Origin: Lama guanicoe
Lineage: Eukaryota
Assembly: GCA_013239625.1 (NCBI GenBank)
Contig: MU056029.1
Coordinates: 1,116,001 to 1,180,000, forward strand
Length of the DNA stretch: 64,000 nt
Reading direction: 5' to 3'
Positions 53,860 to 64,000 of this stretch are shown here, one piece after another. The notes beneath the pieces are model-generated. The model saw only the letters and a list, made by a program, of their open reading frames with translations. It was not told the DNA's origin and ran no database searches. Each line of letters begins with the position of its first letter. Position 1 is the first letter of the stretch. The translations under genes and the position numbers were made by a program.

Positions 53860-55200
53860 CAAGGATCAAATGAGTAAATATATTAAAGATAATGGAAGCC
53901 AGGCTTCCCTCTGTTCAAGATGGGACTTACAAATATTAAGACAGGGAGAAATAATCCCTGTGGTGTGAGATTGCAATTGAACATGTAAGTGTAAACTAAT
54001 GACTTTCAGACTGTCTAGATAAGTACAAATATGTACATACACATACATACGTGCATATACTGTATTTACTTTCATTTACTGTGTACATCATAGACTGTAA
54101 TGTACACTTATTTTCTGTATACCTACACGTATATACACATGCACATTTATTCCTGAGTTCTGTCCTAGGAACAGCGACAGCCTGATAGCAATCAGCATCT
54201 CCTACACCCAGATCTTAGATTCTACGTATAATTTTCAAACTGAAAGGAACCATCCTTTGAAAAAGAGTTGATTCTTGAAATGGTCAAGGGAGTGTAGGGT
54301 GCAATTGAACTACCTTGTGTCAGAGAAATGGAAGTGTTTAAAGAATGATGGAGATGTGTCAGAGAGACACAGAATCCAGCTGGAATGTGTTTGCACTGCC
54401 CAATTCTGGAAAAACTTTGAGCCTAAAAATGAATAATGACAATAATGAACTACAACCCATGGAAAAAAAAAGAAAATATGAGTCAATGCATATTAATTGA
54501 TTAATTAATTAATGAAACGGTTAATCACAAATGGTATCTTTGCATAGATTTTAGGTACATTCCCAACAAAATACTAATTATGGAGAGGTAACTGTACACA
54601 GCACAGCTGGCAGATACCACCTTAATCAAGTGATCAATATGAACAAATTAAATAATGAAATTAATCAAAATAGCATGTCCTATGATACAGTACATTGAGA
54701 AGAACATTGTAACCGTTTGATGACATTTCTAACAAAGATGCATGACCTGAATGTAATCATGAGGAAACATCAGACAAATTCCAATTGAGAGACTTCAAAT
54801 ACAACATAACAGCCCTGAAATATTTAAAAGTGCCAAGGTCATCAAAGTCAGAAAAGACTGAGAAAGTATCCCAAACTGAAGGAAGCTGAAGTGATAGGGA
54901 TTCTTAATGCATGTGATTCCGAACTGGATCATTTTGCTATAAAAGGTATTAACTGGGCCACTGGTTGATCTTGAATGGGCTCTGAAGATTGCATTGTAGT
55001 AATTTAGTATCTATTTCTTGATTCTGATGACTGTGTTGTAACAGCATAGGAAAGCCTCCTAGCACACGTGAAAAACACTCAGCTGTTTGAGGACGACAGT
55101 CATCAGCCTGGCTTCTCATGCACAAATGATTCATGGAAAAGTTCACTGTGAAGTACTTCAAACTTTTCTGTAAGTTTATAACGGTTTTAAATTTTTTTTA
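53860..55200 (+). mobile_element. Old L1MC-like 3' UTR
   Basis: Segments such as catgacctgaatgtaatcatgaggaaacatcagacaaa and aaaagtgccaaggtcatcaaag are typical of L1MC 3' ends. Confidence 0.55.
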
Positions 55201-57038
55201 AAGTTTTCTGCAGGTATCCTTCCACAGATTAAGAAAAATGCCTTCCATTAGCAATCTGTATAAAATTGTTTGTTAAGAATGAAGTGGGATTATAAATCAA
55301 CTAAACCACAATAAAAGAAAAAGAAAAACAATGAAGTGGACATTCGTCAGATGCTTTTGCTGTTGTTATAATTATCTGTGGAGATAATTACATGGATTTT
55401 CTCCTATACGGTTTTAATGTGGTAGATGACATTGATTTTCAAAAGTTCAACAATCTTCGCATTTCCAGGATAAATATTACTTGCTCATGTTGCTTACATT
55501 TTTAATATATAAATGGACTTGACTTCCTAATATTCTTGTTAAGGATTTCTGTGTCTATGTTCAAGTTTGGTGTATAAATTTCTTTTCTTGCCTGGCTTAT
55601 GTTTTAATGCAAAATAAGGCTACTACATGCTCCCTTTTCTTCTAAGTTTTGAAAGACTTTTGGTAGGATAATTATCATTCCTTCCTTAAAATTATTTTCT
55701 AGAATCCATCAATGAATTGAAATTTCCCTTAGTTTATAATGGTAAATATAATTTATTTAACAAGCATACGGCTATTTAGTTTTCTGATTCTTCTGGTGAC
55801 AGGTTTGCCAATTTATGGATTTTAAGAACTCTGTTCATTTCTCCCAAGTGGTCAAATTTATTAACAAAAAATGCTTGTAATAGGCCCTTAATTGTAATTT
55901 TGAAGAATTCAGTACATGTAGTTATGCTCCTTGTTTCTTTTCTGATATTAGCAGCTTGTGCCTTCATTGCCTTTTCTTGATAAGTCTCGGTTGATTGCCT
56001 CCATTAATATTCAAAGAATCTGCTTTTGGTTTCATTGATTTTTCTTTACCATTTGTCTGTTTTGTATTTTATTGGTTTCTGCTCCTACCCTAATTATTTT
56101 CTTTCTATACTTTGGCTTTATTTGGCTCTTCCTTTTATAGCTTCTTAAGATGAAAAGTTGGATTATTGCTTTTACTAGCCAACAAATAATACATTTACTG
56201 TTGTCTTTATGCACCTGAAACTTTTTACAACCTAACGTTACCAGAGGCATTCTACTTACACCATACATGCCAAACTAGGAATGATGTTTGTGCATTCTGA
56301 GGTATCAGTTCACGGAATAACATACTCAATAACAAAGGCCCTAGAAGTCTATCAATCAGTTGTGTTTTACAAAACCACCATTAATTTCTTCATGTGACCC
56401 ACCTTCCAACCTTGATTGTGTAACTGTGCTGACTGGACATAAGAAAGAAATGGCAAAACACCCACTAGTGTAAACTGAGTGTAATGAGAGAGAGAGGTAA
56501 AATTGAGAATTTTTTTCATGTTTTAAGACCATAAAAATAGGAAATCGATACAGTTTTAACAGTTCAACCCCAAAGTAGGGTTGAATCTCAATTAAAATTA
56601 TAAATTAAAACCACAGGTAAAAAGTACAGGAAAAAAGCCCACATGATTTCAATACATCTAAACTTTTGTGTCATTCCTTTAGTCTGAAATGAATATCCTC
56701 TAGCATTTATTAACATACGTGTGTCCACAATATGTATTGCAATATGTTATATAACATATAATAAATATAAATGGTAGTATATGTTAATATATACAAATTT
56801 TAAATGCTGTGGATTTCCATATCCTATACTTTTATACAATGAAAGAGTAATAAAGTGTGAAACTTAAAGGAACTTAGATCATTATATTTTTAATATACAT
56901 ATATACAATATAATACTTGAAATATTTAAGAATATAAACTATGGTCTTTTAAGTTTCATAATTTATTTATCTTGTATTAGGTAATAGTATGGACTGTTGA
57001 AATGCACAGAATATTTATAACCTAAACAAAAAAAATTT

Positions 57039-58510
57039 GAAGGAGATCAACCAAGATGGTGGAGGAGGACACAGAGCTCACCTCCCCCAATGAACACTTC
57101 AAAAATATACCAACATGGGGAACAATTCCCACTGAAAACCAGTGGGAATCTGGCAGAAAGACTCCTGTACAACCAAGACTGTAAGAAAGATCCACACGTA
57201 ATCCGACAGGAAGGGAGGAAAAGCAATCAGGTCAGGACCTGTGCCCCGGGGAAGGGACTCAGAGGAAACAGGAGATTATGCAGGTGGATATCCATGCTGG
57301 GGAGTGGGCAGTGAGAGGCACACACTGCCTGACCCAGTCCTGCAGTCCTACTTGGGGGAGGCAAGTCCCCTTGGCTGGGTGAAGGACCACTGAGACTAAT
57401 AGAAAGACTGTGGGGAGCTGAGATTCTGCTTGTGGGGAGTGCATGCAGGCTGGCTTGTCCCCAGGGAAGGATGGAGAAAGGTCTGCTCTAGCAGCTGCTG
57501 GGTTTCCCATGACCACTTCAGAATTCACCCCAGCCACAGCCAAGTGAACACACCAGCCCCATTCATTAGATGTCACAGCACAGCATAAGATCTGAGGCAG
57601 ACAGGGCCAGAAGGACTCAACTGGGGGACACAGAGGTGACTCAGTCCCCAGACAGAGCCTGGGTGTGGCAGGAGTGGCCATTGTTGACACTCAAGAAGTG
57701 TATCAGAAGCTGCCCAGACCTCTGTTGGGGACTGAGTCACCATCAGCTACCTCCCCATACACACTGAGATTCCACACAGGATCCTTGCCTTGCAGGGTAG
57801 GTCTAAAGCAAGACACTGTGGCCGACACAGCAGAGAGCACACTGGAGCCCCATTCCCTTCTCTGGGGGAAGATTCCTGGTGTAGGGAGAGGGGAAAACAC
57901 ACACTGAAAAAAAAAAAAAAAAACAGATCCAGCTCAAGCCTAACTCTCAGGGCTTCTACTCCAGGAACTTGGGATCAGATCCTGACCCTAATAGGGCAGT
58001 GATGGCCATTGAGCAGAGAGGAAGTCCTGACTCACATCTGGCACCATCTCTAGCTCCTCCATCACCAGTCCCACCCCCAACCAGTGTGCTAGCTACCAGG
58101 ACACCAGGAGGAAAGACGTGATGGGCATCCACACCAAATCCAGCTCTCCCACCAAAAACACTGGGCCCATGCAGTCTGCATAGAGATGCTCCCACATAAG
58201 AATACCCTTCAAGACTGAAATAGGTAACTGTTTCACCTAAATTCATAGAGGCAGAGAACATTAAGTAAAATGAAAAGGTAAAGAAACTGCTCTCAATTGA
58301 AGAGGCAAGAGAATACTCCTGGAAAAAAAAATGATGAAATGGAAATAAACAACTTACCAGATAAAGAATTCAAAGTATTAGTTATAAAAATGTTAACAGG
58401 ATTAGGGAAAAGAAGTGACATAAGCAGTGAATATTTTAACAAGAATCTAGAAAATATTTAAAAAGCCAACCATAAATTAAGAATTCAACACACACACATA
58501 CACACATACA

Positions 58511-58547
<37 letters not shown>

Positions 58548-60717
58548 GAGGGAATGAAGAACAGACTAAATGATACAGAAGAAGGCATAAGTGATCTAGA
58601 AGATAGAATGATGGAAATCACCCAATCAGAATAGCAAGAAGAGAAAATTAAGAAAGAATAGTAAAAACAGCTTAAGAAATCTCTAGGACAACATTAAGCA
58701 TACCAATATTTGCATTATAGGGGTCTCAGAAGGAGAAGAGAAGAGAGAAGGGAATTGAAAATGTTTTTGAGGAATTTATGGCTGAAAACTTCCCAAATGT
58801 GAAGAAAGAAAAAGATACCAGGCACAGGATGCACAGGTTTCAAACAAGGTGAATGCAGACAGACCCACACCATGACACATCATAATTAAAACAGCAAAAG
58901 TTAAAGGTAGAATTCGAAATGCTGCAAGACAAAAACAAAGATTCGTCCATAAGTGAATCCCCATAAGACCATCAGCTGATTTCTCTGCAGAAACTTTGCA
59001 GCCTGGAAGGGAGTGGCATGATATATTCAAAGTGTCAAAGCAGAAGATCCTGCAACCCAGGATACTCTACCCAGCAAGATTATCATCTAGAATAAAAGAA
59101 ACTATAAAGACCTTCTCAGACAAGCACAAACTAAGAGTTCATCAATACCAAACCTACCCTAAAAGAAATGTTGAAGGGTCTTCTCTAAGTGGAAAAAAAG
59201 TAATAATCTACAGGAAAGGGGAAATTTCCACTAGGAAAGGCAGAGATATAGTAAGGATTGAAGATTACTGAGATAAGCCTGTATGCAGATTAAAAGACCA
59301 AAAAAATTGTAAAAGCAACTGTAACTGCAATAAAGAGCTAGGGGATAAACATGAAGATGTAAAATACGATACCAAAAATACAAAATGTGGGGGAGGGGAG
59401 TAAAATATGTAGATCTTTTAGGATGTGTTTGAACTTAAATGGCTACCAGTTTACAGCAAGTAGATATAGCTATTGGTCAACATACGTGAACTTCATGGTA
59501 ACCACTATCAAAAACCTACAATGGATGCACAAAAACCAAAAAGAAAGGAACTTCAGCAAAATACTAAAGAAAATCGTCAAACCACTATGGTATAAACAAA
59601 AAGAAGAAATGAAGAGAGAAAACTACAAAAACAACTGGAAAACATGTAATAAGAGGACAGTAAGTACATATCTATCAATAATCACTTTAAACGTCAATGG
59701 ACTAAATGCTCCAAGCAAAAGACATAGCTAGCTGATGGGATAAATAACAAGACCCTTCAATACGCTGCCTAGAAGAGATTCATTTCAGGGCTAAAGACAC
59801 ACACAGATTGAAAGAGAGATATTTCATGTAAATGGAAACAGCAAGAAAGCAGAGGTTACAATCCTCACATCAGACAAAACAGACTTTAAAACAAAGGCTG
59901 TAATAAAAGACAAAGATAGGCATTATATAATGGCAAAGAAGAGGATGCTACACTCATTAACATATATGCACCCAATTCAGGAGCACTTAAATATGTAAAG
60001 TAAATACTAACAGACATAAAGGGAGAAACTGATGATAGCACAATAATAGTAGGGGATTTTAACACTCTGCTGACATCAATAGACAGATCATAGAGACAGA
60101 ACATCAATAAGGCAACAGTGGTCTTAAATGGCATAATAGACTGGCTGGGCTTAATAGATTTCTACAGGACGTCACCTCCAAAAACAGCAGAATACACATA
60201 TATTTCACGTGCACAAGGACAGATCACATACTTGGCCAAAAATAAAAAGCCTCAGCAAATTTAAGAGGATAGAAATTAAATCAAGTTTTTCCCCCTAATC
60301 ACAACAGTATGAAACTAGAAAACAACTAAAGAAAGAAAAAAGGAGAAAGAACAAACACATGGATACTAAACAACATGCTACTAAAAAACCAATAGGTCAA
60401 TAAAGAAATTAGAAAATATCTCGAGGCAAATGAAAATGGGCTCACAGACACAAAGAACAAACTAGTGGTTACCAGTGAGGAGAGGGAAAGCATGAGGGGC
60501 AAGCTAGGGGTATAGGATTAAGAGATACAAACCACTATGTATCAAATAGATAACCAACAAGGATACACTAGCAAGCACAGGGAATTATAGCCATTGTCTT
60601 ATAGTAGCTTTTATCCATAAAAATACTGAATCAATGTGCTGTACACCTGAAACTAATGTAATACTGTAAATCAGCTACAACTTTAAGACTCTTTCAAAAG
60701 TAATAAATAAACAAAAA
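57039..60717 (+). mobile_element. L1 with 5' UTR, decayed ORF1 and ORF2 endonuclease, joined directly to the 3' UTR (RT region absent)
   Basis: 5' end CAAGATGG. ORF1 starts at about 58270 (REWHDIFKV...LQPRILYPARLS). ORF2 TYLSIITLNVNGLNAP at about 59665, then NIYAPN and TIIVGDFNT. The sequence jumps at about 60438 from EANENG to the 3' UTR (ctcacagacacaaagaacaaactagtggttacc). Confidence 0.88.
58487..58544 (+). repeat. (CA)n microsatellite inside L1 ORF1
   Basis: Imperfect then perfect CA run. Confidence 0.9.
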
Positions 60718-61414
60718 TCTATTGGTATGTCTTCTAAAGATTTTAACAAGGTGCAAGCCTGAGGATGTTTTGTATCAGATTCCTCTCTCCTTTTACTGTT
60801 TAAGCATCATCCATTTAAGTTAAGGAGTTAATTTTTGAGAGTACCTTATCCTAGACATTCTGCTACCAAATATATCAGAGAAAAATGTGAATGAAACACA
60901 GTTCTTGCTTTCTAGTAATTTGTAATATGTAGAGGTAACAGATGGTATAAGGACTTGAAGAGAGTATTTCCTTCCTTGAGATTGAACAAGATGAGGAGAT
61001 GGAAGCCATGTAGGGCTGAACTGAGAAAGAACTGGGAGCCCATTTAGGGAAGTGTTTGCACTAGGACCCGACCAAGGAACATACAGGAAAGACTTACCAG
61101 ATGGACCACATAATTAGAGTTGAGAATCCAGTAGTGAAGATAGACACCCATATTCCAGGAAGAGGAAGAGGGCAGTGAAGGAGGAGGAGATATAAACTTT
61201 TTTCAGCCAGGTGAGCTGAAATTAACCAGCAAAGAACATTACAGGCACCCTATGTTTCTTCACTTGTGTTCCTGATCATCAGCTGGAGGACTTCTAGAAC
61301 CACAAAACAATACCCTTGTTAACTAGAAGACTCGGTTTGTTACCTGAAGATTCAAGTGCTAAATAATGACTAGTAACATCAAGGGCAGGGAGGTAAGTGA
61401 GAAAGAGAACATGT

Positions 61415-62347
61415 TCTCCTTGTACAAAGGAGTTCCACACTCGACATAGTGATGTGTACAGGGATGGGCCCCAGAAAAACAAGTGGTTCTACATCTTATT
61501 AAACCTCATATTCTATGTAGCTTTCTTTTATCTCTTAAGATTATGGTTTTTAGATTTTTCACTACTAATAAATGTAGTTCTGGTGCATTTGCATTTGTAT
61601 GGAGAAAAATAAAATTCAGAAAGGCACATGCACCCCAATGTTCATAGCAGCCCTGTTTACAATAGGCAAGACATGGAAACTAACCCAAATGTCCATCAAC
61701 AGATAACGGGGTAAAGAAGTTGTGATATATTTACACAATGGAATACTACTCGGCCATAAAAAAGAATGAAATAATGCCATTTGCAGCAACACGGATGGAC
61801 CTGCAGATTGTCATTCTAAGTGAAGTGGGCTGGAAAGAGAAAGAAAAATGCCATATGACATTATTTATATGAGGGGTCTAAAAATAATAAGGACACTAAT
61901 GAACTAATTATTATTTTGGTTTCTTGAATATGTGTAAGTACATCTGACTGTCCTTTATGATTGGATTACCACATTCTGTTGATTCTTATTTTGTAGTTGG
62001 CTTTATTCCTTTGATAACTACATAAGTTTAAAGAGCTAAAGATCTAATTTGTTCTTAAAAACAATAATTAATACGTATATGTTAACTAAAAAGAGTGCCA
62101 GTATACTGTATATATGTATTTACATGCAATATGATGTGTATGTGCAGTTGAACTGTAATTAAAAAAACTCTCCTTGTACAAAGTACTTTCACACTTGACA
62201 TAGTAATGTGTACAGGGATGGGTCCCAGATAAACAAGTAGTTACACATCTTATTTAACCTCATATTCTGTGTGGCTTTCTTTTATCCCTTAAGATAATGG
62301 TTTTTAGACTTTTCACTACTAATAAATGTAGTTCTGATGCATTTGCA
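61415..62347 (+). repeat. 179-bp direct repeats (61415-61593 and 62169-62347) flanking an L1-containing segment
   Basis: About 17 mismatches in 179 bp by manual alignment. The interior 61598-61905 is an L1 ORF2-end/3' UTR fragment, and the interior ends in an A7 run. Confidence 0.85.
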
Positions 62348-62399
62348 CAAGCACACACATGTAGTGTATCATATCAATAAACATACACATCTTCACATT

Positions 62400-64000
62400 G
62401 ACTAAATATTGACAAATTCCTTTCCAAAATGACTTCATCAAGTTACAAGCACAATAGTTGGGATCAAAAGTTCTCTTTGATCCATATATTACCAATTCTC
62501 TGCAATACAAGACATATTTTTGCCATCTGCTATAAAATGAAATACTAGTGTGCTAACAATTTGCATTTTCCTGTTTACCTGTATCATTAATTTGAATGTT
62601 CAGAGTTCATAATATATTATAATGATCCTTTGTCAGACATACGATTTGCAAATACATTCTTCTAGTATGTAACTAGTCTTTCATCCACAGAAATGCTTTC
62701 ACAGAAGAAATTTTTTAAATTTCTGTGAAGTTAAATTCACCAATATTTTTTAATGGATCATGCCTTTCTTATCATGTCTACAAACTCAGCAATCCCTGCT
62801 TTCCGAAGATTTTCTCCTATGTTACGTGCTAAAACTTTTCTGTTTTTAAATTTCACATTTAAACGTATGATTCACTTTGAGCTAATTTTTGTATAAGATC
62901 TGAGTTTTAGGTCAAGGCTTGTATTTTGACCACGAATATCCAGTTGCTGCAGTGATGTTTCCCCCTCTCTTGAATTGCTTATGTATTTTTGTCAAATGCA
63001 AGTTGAGTGTATTTGTGCATGTCTGTTCCTGAATTCTCTGTTCCCACTGATCTTTATCTTGATTATTGTACCTTTAAAATAAGTCTTGAAACGAAAAAAA
63101 ATAAATTTTCTCACTTAAATTTTTTCTGAATTATTTTGGCTGTTCTCATTCATTTGCCTTTCCATATAATTTTTTTTATTGAAGAATAGTTTACAATGTG
63201 TCAATTTCTGGTGTACAGCATAACGTTTCAGTCACACATATACATACATATATTCACTTTTGAATAATCTCGTCTGTATCAACAAAAAATCATTCATGGA
63301 TTTTGATAGGAATTGCATAAATCTCTACATCAGTTTGGGGCCATTAATATTTTTACTATGTTTAGTTTCCCAGTCCATAAACAGAATATCTTTCCATTAT
63401 TTATATTTTAAAATTTTTCATTCATCAGTGTTTTTGATTTTCATCATATAAGTCCCGAAGATGCTTTGTTAGATCTATACCTAAATATTATATTTTGAGG
63501 AGCAATTGTAAATTATAGTGTATTTTAAATTTTAGTTTCAGTGTGTTCATTGCTACTATATAGAAATGAAATCAAGTTTTGTATGATGAGCTTGTATTTT
63601 GAGGCTGATTAATTTCAGGTATTTTTTGTTGTTGATTCATTGGATTTCTTTACAATTGTAGCACCTGCAAACAGAGACATTTTATTTCTTCCCTTTTGAT
63701 ATGTATGCCTTTTATTTCCTTTTCTCGCCTGTTGCCCTGATTAGAACCTCTAACACAATATTGAATAGAAATCATGAGCATTGATGGACTTTCTGTTCTT
63801 GATCTTAACGGAAAATGTTCAGCATTATGCCATTATGTATAACATTTGCTTCAGATTTTCTGTAAGTGTTCTTATCAGTTTGAATGAGTTCCCCCATAGT
63901 CCTAGGTCTCAAAGAGATTTTATCAGGAAGAGGTGTTGAATTTTTTTCAAATGATTTTCTGCATCAATTCACATGATTAGAAATTTTTCTCCTTAATCTC
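62400..64000 (-). mobile_element. Old L1M fragment with a nested young L1 tail (about 63170-63258)
   Basis: Minus-strand L1 ORF2/3' homology similar to 24000-25500. Confidence 0.7.

Overview
Mammalian genomic DNA, most likely a camelid (vic-1-type tRNA-derived SINEs and camelid-like L1 3' tails). It covers the 5' end of GABRB3 on the minus strand: alternative first exons 1a and 1, exons 2-3, a CpG-island promoter, a candidate REST site, and about 47 kb of intron 3. The rest is repeat-rich (L1, MIR, ERV1 LTRs). The standout is an old, env-deleted class I provirus in intron 3 (17701-23927). Its gag carries an intronless, circularly permuted copy of the SLC18B1 coding sequence: the later part (about aa 224-330) comes first and is joined at an apparent back-splice junction (20058/20059) to the earlier part (about aa 15-224). 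The insert covers exactly one turn and is bounded by a 7-nt AGGAAAA microhomology, which is what retroviral capture of a host circular RNA would leave. The same gag contains a second, unidentified 3'-UTR-like insert. Other oddities are a multi-template rearrangement inside a solo LTR, a polyadenylated LTR fragment, an RT-less L1, a 179-bp direct repeat around an L1 piece, and a 242-bp tandem duplication. All homology calls come from my recall of the proteins and repeat families; no searches were run.
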